Positions 39,127 through 51,100 of a DNA stretch of 64,000 nucleotides are shown here, in pieces. Made by a program: the position numbers and the translations under genes. The stretch is from Balanoglossus misakiensis. Its lineage: Eukaryota; Animalia; Hemichordata. The notes under the pieces were generated by a model. The model worked only from the letters and a program-made list of their open reading frames with translations, was not told the DNA's origin and did no database searches. Location of the stretch: NCBI GenBank assembly GCA_040954595.2, contig CM082593.2, forward strand, positions 5,101,434 through 5,165,433. The letters are read 5' to 3'. Numbering within the stretch: the first letter of the stretch is position 1; every line of letters begins with the position of its first letter.

Positions 39127-42100
39127 ATGAAGAATACCATTATCTTTCTGTTGCTGTTCTATGCGAGGATCACTGTTGTCAATGGTAAGTTAAGAACACC
39201 TGCAAACCATGTTACTCTGCCAAACTACGTTGCACCATAGATATGGTTGAACATGGACATAGGTCCAATATGCAATTTTGTGACGTGACACAACCGATAA
39301 AAACTGTGTGACTCTTGTACTGACACAACTATCTCTCTAACACAACTTTTGGTATGTTTTATATTGGTAACAGGACAACAAGCACAGGGGAAGTATGGTG
39401 CCAATTTACCGCCAAATTTTAGCGACAATTTGGCATTTACAAGAATAGCTGAAGATACGGAAATAGGTAAGCTTATGTTTAGGCCTAATATCTTCCTGAC
39501 GGTATAGGCTGGGCGTGTTGGAATCTGAACGGAAAAGTTAGAGCTGGATAAATATAAGTTTTGCCTCTGGGTTTTGCCTCCAAAAGCAGACGGCCTATAA
39601 AGCTGTGATGGGAGAAAGCTTATAAGTTGTAGGCTATAGACTGTATGTGTGGGCAAAATGTTGTTAGAAAGGAGGTTTTGGCCTTTGTCAGGCTAAAGTT
39701 CAAATTTTATGAATTTTGTCATAATATCAAGTTCAATCGTCACCTTAACCTTTTAAGGACTACTAGGCCGATATCTATTACATCTTTTTAACTTACAAAG
39801 CACGATCTGTCAATTCAGCACGCGTGTTGATGGCCGCACTAGTCTAGGTCCTGTATATATGAAGTACCAAAGTGCGTCTCAAGTGGGCCTCTAGGAACTC
39901 GATCGTACATTCAAGAATGCAGCTGGAAATTTAAGAATGACACATTTGGACGCTCACCGTAGGCCTTAAATTGCCCCTTTCCCAGGGTCATATATGTGTG
40001 ACATTCCCCCTAACAGTCCTGGATGCATAGCTTTTGTTCTGTACATCATGCATTATAAAATATTTAACAGTGGTGGTCATTCATGTATGCCCCTTTCAAG
40101 TGTTGGGCATAATATTGGCAGAATCCAATTTATACCTGAGTTCGTCTAATATGACCACCACCATTAAGAAAGGTATTTTTTCAGCAAATATTCGCATGTG
40201 ACTGTCCTTCTGGGATACTTTGCTGACATGCGACCCCCCCCCCCCCCCGGTCGACAGTCATTGCACGTTCCTTGATTGATATATGATCCGCGATATCACC
40301 AGCCTCGGTTTCAAGTTTGGCGGCCATTTTGATATGCACATCACTTATATGCAATGTAAAGTTTTAGGTGACAATCTTTATCGGTGCGATGAATGCACCG
40401 TACGCGGAGAGACTTCACTTGTTCTCGGTTAAAGTCATTGCGAAGTCGTTACCGATTGTTGTACAGTGTACGGAAATGTAGGTGGGTGTCTGTGGTAACT
40501 CAATGATGTCGATGTGCAGATCAATGTTCATATGCATAATGCATGGCTCTGGAACAATATCGACTCACTGAACTCTCTCACTCACTCACGCAACTAAGTT
40601 GATCTGGTTGTCATGCCTTCAGTTCATCATGCATATTCATGTTGGCATGAATTCTTACAGCGGGAAGCTTTATTCAAAGGGGGGCAGTTCGGGGGTGGGG
40701 GGGGGGGCAGTCCAGGTGTCCGATTTTTTCTAGGGCTACCCCCCCCCCCTCCCCGCTGGTGGACTTGGCATTGATTTTAATACAGTGTATGTGCTCAATG
40801 ATTTCTTGCAGGAAGTGTAATAGGAACATTAATTGGGGAAGATGACGAGGGTTCACCCGTGATTTATGGGGTCACAGGGGAGTCTGGGAATTATCTCTTC
40901 AATGTGGACCCAGAGAGTGGAATTGTTACGCTGAAGAATTCAGTAGATAGAGAGGTACGTGAGTTTAGGTGCAGAGAGATTCCATGCAATTTCTCACTTC
41001 TTTTAGGAAAACAAAGCGATTACAAGAGCAACTAGATTTTGACATTTATATATTACCCTCCCTCCTTGCTGTGGTACGTACGCAGCTGTACCGTTGGGGG
41101 GGGGGGGGCTGATTACCCCTACGGACTGTGGGGGTGATCAGCCCCCCCCCCCCCCAACGGTACAGCTGCATGCCATAGCTACCTCCATGTCCAACTTGTG
41201 CATTACAATCACCCATTGTGATTAAAATTGATCATCACTTATTATTCAACTTATTTATACGAAACATTTATTGTAGTACTATAGAATTTTCATAATATAT
41301 ATAATCTTGGAAAGTTTTACCATTTAGAAGTATACAGTCACCTATGCAAATGTAGCCACAATTACCATGTGTTAAAATGATATCTAGCCAATGAAATATA
41401 TGGATTCTATCTTATTTTTCAGTCCAAAAGTGAATACACAGTGTCTGTAACAATATCAGATGGAGTCAATGAAGTGAGTAAATATATCCCATTCAAATTT
41501 TTGATACTCTGGAGTTTCAATTAATTTGTACGTTGCAAAACGGGAAACTCATAATACTGCATATATACAAATCATTCTATTTTTTTAGGTTATTGAAGAT
41601 ATCAAGATCATAATCACAGATGTCAATGACAATGCCCCAAGGTTTCAAAACACTCCCTATCGGACGTCCATCAAAGAGGATATGCCGGTCGGGTCAACGG
41701 TCATCCAGTTCAATGCATCTGATCCCGATCTGAGCGTGAACAGCTATTTTGGTTTCAGCTTTTTAGAGGTAAAGTATTAGGTGTTTTGGGTATATTTTCA
41801 GATGAAACAAATGAAATGCTAATTATACCGGTATACTTAATTTCTTTACCCTTTCACCATCTTGGTTTGGTCCAAATCTATTGTCTCATTTATGTTTTCT
41901 TTTCTCAAAACAGGAGACGGAGTATTTTCAAGTAAATACTGCACTTACTGCAAGATCTGGTGTTACTTCAGCGACCGGAACTGTCACGTTGAGCAAAGCT
42001 TTAGATTATGAGAGTATAAATATATATGAGTTAACAGTAGTTGCATCAGTGAGTATCATAATTTTACTGTATACTTCTGAGTGGAAATCTTATACACAGA

Positions 42101-45100
42101 TTTAGTTGTTTGTATAAAGTGAGAGCTTGTAACTTATATTTTTTTGCAAATTATTATGAAAGCTTCCAACGAGACTTCCTAACAACTTACCAGAACCAAC
42201 ATATCGAAAGTTCACAGCAAGGTGAATCACCTAAGTCTCCAGTGTGCCGATTGGCTGCCTTAGAAGCACACAATGTAATTTCCTTCTTTCAGGAGAGTAA
42301 TCTTTCTCAATTTTATGCCAACAGGACTATGGTACTCCACAACAAACCAGCCATGCTTCATTAATTATCAAAATTGAAGATGTCCAGGACACGAGTCCTA
42401 TTTTCACTGGCCTGCCATACACAACATCAATTGAGGAGAACAGACCAATTGTAAGTTCTGAGTATAGTTTATTTGATAACGTTGACAAGCAAAAATTGTA
42501 ACTTTTCTTGCCATTCAACATGGTGTGTTGTATCCTCCCATATAAATTGCCTTGCCACGTGAGTGCTCACACATGGTCTTGTGGAGTTCAGAAAATGGTC
42601 TTTTGCACCAATTGCAAACTTGTGTTTTTACCTTGAAATCAGTATGAAGAATCTCTCATGCAAAATGCATTCATGATATTTCCCCAACGGTTTCAGCCCA
42701 ACTAGTTTCAGCCCACCTCAAGTAATTGCAACAGCGAGGTGTGAAATAAACATAGCATGAATAGACATTTCTGTAGGATTTTTCACATAGCATGAAATTA
42801 TGATTTAAACCTTGTTTAACCTCCTTTCGTGCAGGGCTCCTTGGTACAGACCATAGAAGCCTATGATCAAGACATTGGAGTCTCCAATGAAATCGAATAT
42901 TCAATAGTCAGTGGTAAGTACCTGTAGTTATCACCACTGCTTGGCAGAGCAGCATGAAAGAATTTATGCTTCAGGAATCTTCCATCAATATGACAAGTCT
43001 TTATCTGAATATTTGAATGAGAGTGTAAGGCAAATGCTATGTGGTATTGAAGGTAAAAACAGAAGCAGTCGAACACCAAGACATCTTCATGTCATTTGCA
43101 TGATCTTTTATTTGGCAGGCAATAGCAGGGGACTGTTCAGTCTCGGTAGAACTTCAGGCGAAATCCGAGTAGCAGATGATATCGACAGAGAAGCAGATGG
43201 GTTTCCTGGCTACGTGGACTTGACAGTTCAGGTATGTGTTGCCGTGGCAATCTGTGATGTCTTCTTGATCCATGGGCTGTGTTTGTTGATCCAGTTGCTA
43301 GGTGATGGTGCCAGAAGTGTGTGTCCAAGCCAAGTAGCTTCCATGATAGTAAAAATTGTGTTTCATAAAGCCAATTTCTGTTGTTTTTTCTCCTTATCAC
43401 AGGCAACAGAACTGGGTCCCTCTGGAGGAGCGTTTGTGCAGACAACATTTACAATTGGTATTAACGACATCAATGATGAAATGCCAACCTTTGACCAATC
43501 AGAGTACAGTATTACTATCTCAGAGAATTCATTAGTGGGCGGTGTCTTGCCATTGGATATACACGTCAAAGATGGGGATCAGGTGTGTGACATGTGATTT
43601 GTTTTCAGCCAATCAGACTTCAGAAAGCCTGAATTTTAAGTGACTGAGTCTTCAAAACCTAGGCGACTTTCCTGGTACATATACTAGTATAAGAAATTAT
43701 ACATTTATTCATTCATTCCTCAGAATTTAAATTTCATGCGTTCTTTTCCAGAGTGAGTTTGGTCGGTTTCAACTGTCCTTACATGGAGAGCATTCTAATT
43801 TATTTAAACTGGAGCCAACGTTTGCGCTTGGAGAGACGTCTGCCATGCTTATGGTGGAAGAACAGCTGGATTATGAGACACAGCAACAGTATGAGTTACT
43901 CGTGAGTGTTATACATCTCTGTCCGATAAAATTTGGGACATTGTGGTAGTAAAATTTATGTCTTTGTGGTAAATTGGAGGTAACAGAGAGCATGTCACAC
44001 CCAGGACACTTAATCTAATAAAGCAGTTTGCTTTGGAGAATTGTCAGCAGTATGCAGTGTACATTGAAATTCTATGGGACCACACATTCTTGATGCTAAT
44101 GGGAGAATGAGTTTTGAAGTTGATTTCTACCATACATCTAAACATGTGATGACAGTTTACAGTTTCGTCAATGTTTGTTCTGCCGTTGATTATGAATTTG
44201 TGTTCTTGCCTTTCAGATTTACGCCAACGAAACCTCAGACGCCAGTCACTTCGATAGCGTGCAAGTTCTTATTCTGCTTACGAATGAGAACGATAACAGA
44301 CCGGTGTTTGAACCGCAATCTGTGAGCATCAGTATTTACGAGGATTTGCCCGTTGGAAGCAACGTCACCATGGTGACAGCAACGGACGGTGATGTTGGTC
44401 CCTATGGAGACATCACATACTCATTGACCGGCTCGGACAAGTGAGTGGCTTTTTGTGACTTGTAGCAATCCGTCCATATTCTAAAGTTCCTGTGTGCTGG
44501 TATGAACCCTTTCACCCCCAGTTACTTCTATAGAGATCCACATTTACCATACAAAACAGTGGATTTGGAACAAACCATGGTGGTGAAAGGGTTTAAGGTC
44601 CCATGATTCAAATTTATAGTTTTTACAGAATCCTTCAGTATTGAGATTGTGTTTTGGTTTAGAATATGTCCCGTTATGTGTTGAACCATGCATATATACT
44701 TGAGTATCTATTGATTGTACCTGTGACGTCCCAATGTCAAATTGTGCAGAAGCAACATGATGTAGTGTGTTGTTTTGTCTTCTGTGTATGTCCTACATTT
44801 GTGGTATACTGCGCTTACAGTCTATAAACTACCTTTTCATCAATTTAAACCAATTTCTACCACTTTTATGTAATTAATGGCACATTTTTTTGCTCTTCCT
44901 ATCAAAAGTATTTTGCGGTAAGTTTCATATAAAACAGACTCTATGCATATCCATATGCTCTCCACATCTTAGCTTTGTGAATTGTGCAAGTTGCAGTTAG
45001 TTCAAATCTCTGCTGGTTTGCTAGTTTTATTTACTTGTTTTCAGCAAAATCATCTTTCTTTGGGTGTCTTGTCTCAACCTTCCCAAATCTGAGCAAAAAC

Positions 45101-48100
45101 ACTTTCATCTGATCAAACATCGGATTTCTCTGAGTTTGTCATTTGTACAGCTACAGATGACCCTGTTTGTACACTGAGTGAGTCTTTTCTGTCAAGTTCA
45201 CTTCGCTGTGATCTCTTCCAAATTCAACACTCCAGGCCTTGTACCTCAACAAAATTTCCAATCTGTATTTTCTGACCACCTCATGACTGTGTATACTATA
45301 GCACATTATCTTCATAGAGTCTCACACAAGCTTTCTTTAAACTTTGACAGATTCCAGATTGACCAACTCACTGGCCTAATCACACTGGCCGAATCCATCG
45401 ACTACGAACAGACCCTCAGCTACCAGCTGACCATCCAGGCTGAAGACGGCGGCAGCCCGCCCAACGTTGACAACGCCAGGGTTATTGTCAACATCATTGA
45501 TGTTAATGACAACGCACCAGAGTTTCAGCGACAGGAATATTTCGCCAGTGTCGATGAAAATACAAACTATTTACCACCCGACAACTCAGTTATTAGAATC
45601 CGGGTAAGTGATGGAATGTAGTTTCAGAAAAAGTAGAAAATTGGAAAAATTTTAGAGGATTCAAGAAAAATTTGCAAGATACATGTCTGCTTCAACTGTG
45701 TCGTTCTATCTTTTCATCCATCAGGCAACAGACCGAGATTCACCACCCCACAATCAGCTGACCTATTACATACTGGAATCGCATCCAGATGGCAGCGTGC
45801 AAAAACTCCAAAATGACACCAACTTCAGTCTGGTGACAATAGCGGGTAGCGGATACCTGTTTGTGGTGTCGCCTTTGGATTACGAAGCCGTCACTGATGG
45901 CCGACTGACGTTGTCTGTTCTGGCAGAAGACAGTGGAGGTCTTGGTGCATCTGCAGTTTTAGTCATAGAAATTCTGGTAAGAGGATTAAGTCATTTTGAA
46001 AGTTGTCATGTCTGTATTTTCTTTGAAATTAGCCTTTAATTTAAAATTTGTCGATATTTGCACTCATTTATCTCATGGTTATGGACCCCCCCCCCCACCC
46101 AAGATTGCATAAGAAATACATGAAAGTGAGCCAGTAATTTTATTGATTTTGGTTGGAAATAAGAAAATGGATGATAGTGAGTGGTACAAATGTTTACATG
46201 TGTGTGTCTTATAATTTTAAAGGATAAAAATGATCACGGTCCAGTGTTTACGAAATCCAGCTACAACGCATCAATACCAGAAAATCTGCTATCGGGGGAT
46301 GTGGTCACACAAGTCACGGCAACTGACGGCGACTTGTCCTCTGCCCTGGGCACCACTTCCATAGTTTATTCCGTATCACAATCCTCGCTCTTCCGGGTGA
46401 ATCCGAGGAACGGGGAGGTCACCACGGCCGGTTATCTGGACCGGGATGAAGGAGAAGACTTCTTCGCTGTTGAGGTGAGACATTCAGAAAATTCTTTCGA
46501 CTGATCATGAAAGCAGGGGTTGCATGTTTCCATTGTTAAGCATCAGATGGCTTGCTTCGTGTAAGGTTCTTTTACGATGTAGCATTGGTCTGTGTTCGCT
46601 GAATCACTGATTTCTCAACATCTGTTGGGATTTGATTTCTCGATGAAAATATTGATCACAAATACCGCATCTTTTTCAATTTTTATGGCACCGCAGATGC
46701 TATTCATGTACAATTTCGCATGTCATAACTTCTCACTATAATTCGATATAATTTTACTACATTTAGGTCCTGGCAGTTGATGGTGGCCATGGCGACGAGC
46801 AGAGGTCAGCCACCACCACAGTCTATATCACCATCACTGATGTCAATGACAACAACCCTGTGTTTGATCAAGGTGAGTTCAGTTGCTAGGTTTTTCCAAC
46901 AAGAACTGCAACTATTGAACAGAATAGAATTTTGTATTCAGAATGTTGACATTCTGAGTTGCAACAATTGTGCTTTAATTTTTTTCTGAATCAAATATTT
47001 ACATAATGACTGCAAATCAATATTTGAAACTTTGTTACAGTGAGACAAACTGTGCAGGTTGCTGAAGATGAACCAATCGGATCAAGCGTTGCAAATGTCA
47101 GCGCCTCTGATCTTGATGAGGGAATCAATGGGGATGTTACGTACTCACTGATTGGTGGAAATATCAACGTAAGTTTGTACACTTGATGGAAAGTTAAACA
47201 AAATGCTGTCAGAAAGACATTACCTTAATAGTGGAAATAGTGTGTACATTCTCTGTAAATATAAACTTCACGATAGTAACTAGAACCCTCTGCTTGTTAT
47301 CACCACAGGATGCTTTTGAAATTGACAGTGTAACGGGCGAAATAAAAATCAAGAGTCAGTTGGATTACGACGAAACAACTCAAGTTTACGTGCTAGAAGT
47401 TCTTGCCGAAGATGGCAGTGTGCCTGTTACCCCAGCGTAAGTATTGACCAGACAAAATTGGGTCAAGGGTTTCCAAGTGCAGTGACACGTATAGAAATAT
47501 GAACATTTGCCTTCATCAGCCATCATATCCTTCTTTGATTAAGTCAACACCCAATGTACTGGTAATTTATGCTTGATTGATGTGTAAGGTTAGGTATTAT
47601 CTCAGAGCTTCAAACAGTGTAATATATTTCCATATTTTTTTCCTATTCCAGAACTGGATCAGCAACTGCTACCGTGACTGTTAGTGTGTTAGATGTCAAT
47701 GATAATGTTCCTGTGTTTATTTATGAACCTGGCATGGATTCCTATGAGTTTTCAGTCAGTGAGGTACTGTTATCATTTTTCTATGTTGATAGCTGAATTT
47801 TAGCTTTTTATATCAAAATGATAACTTACATCAATTTAGTTCAAGTTTAGCAAAAAGACATCATTCCTTGTTGCGAGAGCCTGTGATCATCTGGTTTTGT
47901 TACAGTTTGAATCGAAATTGTTTAGAATAAAATTTTGACTATCTATTTGTCTACTGCTTATCTGAATGGGTTGACAATTCCCAGGGGATGGTAAGTAACT
48001 GCGTTAGTGCAGACTTGGAATCTGGATTGCTCGACTGAGTTTCTTTCGTTAACCTATTTGCTATTTGATCAAGTTTGTTTGCCCACTAATCACAAAATCT

Positions 48101-51100
48101 TTCTGTCAGATAGATTCTTCTTGTTTCCTCTTTTAGTTTTCCATTATTCCCAGTATGCTGTGTTGAAGAAATAAAGTCTCCTCTGTTCAATCTTTGTGAT
48201 TGCAGTGTTCTACAAAGCATTTGACAAAGAATATACTTACCCTCTTCAGCCTTTGCTGTACTTCCTTAGTGACGTCTTAATTTATTCACAGGAGGCTGAT
48301 CCAGGGATCAATATTGGTGTTGTCACGGCAACTGATCTGGACTCCAATCTGAACGGAAAGATCGACTACAACATCACAGCTGGTAACATTAATGGTTAGT
48401 AGACTGCCAACTTCTATCTTACATCAATCAACTGGGGTTTTTTTTACCAAAAAATTGTCACCGTTCACCTCCCAAACTGCACATTGCTAATGCTTAAAAC
48501 TAATTTTATTTGGGATATCTTTCTCAGACACCTTCAATATGAAGAGGAGAGACTCAGGAGAAATCATTTTAGAGCGACTGCTTGACAGAGAGGCAATCGA
48601 CACTTATCATCTGATCATCACAGCCACAGACAGAGGAACTGTGAGACACAGTGCAACGTGCGATGTCGCAATCACTGTCAAAGATGTCAATGACAATGAC
48701 CCTGTGTGGCTGGGACAACCGTATACAGTCAGTTTGGCTGAGAATGCACCGAATGGAACATTCGTCTTCCAGGTGAGCTGTACATGAAATGAGTCAGTTG
48801 TTTTACTGTTCAGCCGTGACATTGTATTGCATATACCGGGTACTAAGGTACATGTATATGTTCTATGTAATGTACTAATTACATATAACAGCTTCCGAAT
48901 TAATTTAGCAATATTCTGAATTATTTTGACAAACGTTTTATGTTTTTGGGTAAGCATAATGAATTTTAATTTATATACATATGATGCGATGTTGAAAGTA
49001 GTATTTCATGATACTCATTATTGTTTAATTAGCCCCTCCTAAAATTAGGTAAATCTGTACGATAATCATGTAACGGTATGTACCACCAGTACATTGTATC
49101 TATGTATGCATGTACCGGTATATAAACAACAGACCGCTATTTAACCTCTCTACTCTGTAAAATCTTGCAACCTAGGTTTCCGCCACAGACGCCGACATCG
49201 GCACCAATCAAAAACTGGTGTATGAGATGAACACAGACAATGCGTACTACGAAGTGGACGGTGACACTGGCATTATCAGAACACGGAACGTTCCGGTAGA
49301 CCGAGAGATGAACAGTCGAGACATGCAAGAAATTGTTCTCACAGTGAAAGACAGTAAGTCTGCGCATCTCAAGCAGATTTCAGAATCTGTAAGAAGTCTT
49401 TTATAGTGTGAGCTGAATTGGTGATGTTAGAGTCATTTTCTGGGGAAAATTTGTCTCCATTATCACACCATAAAATGAGCTTTCCCCATTACCAAAATAC
49501 TGAAGAGTCATTTAACAGCATAGCTTTTATTGATAATTTTGTAATGTCTACGTTAATTTTTCTCACAAGGTGGCAGACCATTGCGTCGCAGCCCGGACAC
49601 TGCCACTGTCTATGTGAATATCCTGGACACAAATGACAACAGTCCAGTATTTGAAAACGCTCCATACATCACCAGAGTTAAAGAAAACCTGCCAGCAACC
49701 ACTAGTGTGTATCAGGTAGGATTATTCAGATTTCTGTGTTTCCATGGCAACCTATCAGTTGTTGCGCGAATTGGTCATTTCTCTAGGTTAGGCAGCGTAC
49801 TCTGTTGTATTGTCATTGACTATATGGGGACTTGATACAGACATGCCTTTTGTTTCCTAGGTGATGGCCTTTGACCCAGACCTGGGTGAAAACGGGACAG
49901 TCTCCTATTCCATCGTAAAGACTGATCCAGACGTCAATCAATTCACAATCGAGCCGTCATCCGGAATCATCAGGCTGGTCCAGCCACTTGACCGGGAAAA
50001 CATCTCCAACTATAACGTTACCATAGAGACTCAAGACGGGGGAAGCGATCCGAACGTCGCCGTGACAACTGTGGAAATAATCGTTGAAGACGATAATGAC
50101 CACAGTCCAGTGTTCAACGCGAGCAGTTACCAAGTGTCTGTGTTGGAAAATGCCTCACGCTTGACAAGTTTGCTCAGAGTTTTTGCCACAGATGATGACA
50201 TTGGTAAGACTTCTGGGTTTTTTATTTTGACGTAAGCACTTAGAAAGTGGCTTGATAATGAAGTAAAAGTCAGTCAGAATAGAATAGTGCAGAAATAGAA
50301 ACGGCTCATTTCAAGTACATACTTTTCTGTAAAGTGTTAATTTTAGAAAATGTACATTATACACATACAGATATATATCCAGTTTTTAAAATGTTTTGGA
50401 GCAATGAAGGTTACATCTTGAGAATGCATGGTGAAATATAGGTCAAAATTCATTTAATGTTCCATTTAAAACGTTTCAGAGTCAAACGCAGAAATCAATT
50501 ATTTCATTGGCTCCGGAAACGAAGATGGAAAATTCCGCATCGACTTCCAGACCGGGATTCTCGAAACGGCCGCGTACCTGGACAGGGAAGCGGTGTCTTC
50601 CTACAACCTGACCGTTGAAGCTGTGGACAACGGGGCCAACGCCCGGACGGGCAGCTGTGTTGTCATGGTGACAGTGCTGGATGTGAATGACAACAGACCT
50701 GTGTTTGTTGACAGTAACTATGACGTCAGCATCTCAGAAGATGTGACCCAGGATGAGGTTATCGTAACTGTGAGTGATGTCAGTTTTTATGGGGTTTTTC
50801 GCTTTCAACTGGAACTTATATTGCACCAAATAAAATCACATTAAATAGATAGATCTTTTGGTCTTATCTGCTTGTTGGAGATACCTGTTTTAATTGTGGT
50901 TTTATGCAATATTTTATGGTTCTACCATAGGTCCATGCAGAAGATGAGGACATTGGCGACAATGCTAAAATCACATATGCCATAGTGGATGGGAACACTG
51001 ATGATTGCTTTGTCGTAGACAGTGATACGGGAGAAATCAGAAGGGGTGACAGACCCCTGGACAGAGAGACAGAGGAATCTTTTATGTTGATAGTTGAGGC

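Noticed and set aside
42686-42720. Direct repeat gtttcagccca x2
   Set aside because: Too short; probably a transposon-end remnant and not a CRISPR-like array.
44750-44810. miR-2013/103-like string agcaacatgatgtagtg
   Set aside because: Seed mismatch to the sequence as I recall it, and only weak hairpin pairing.
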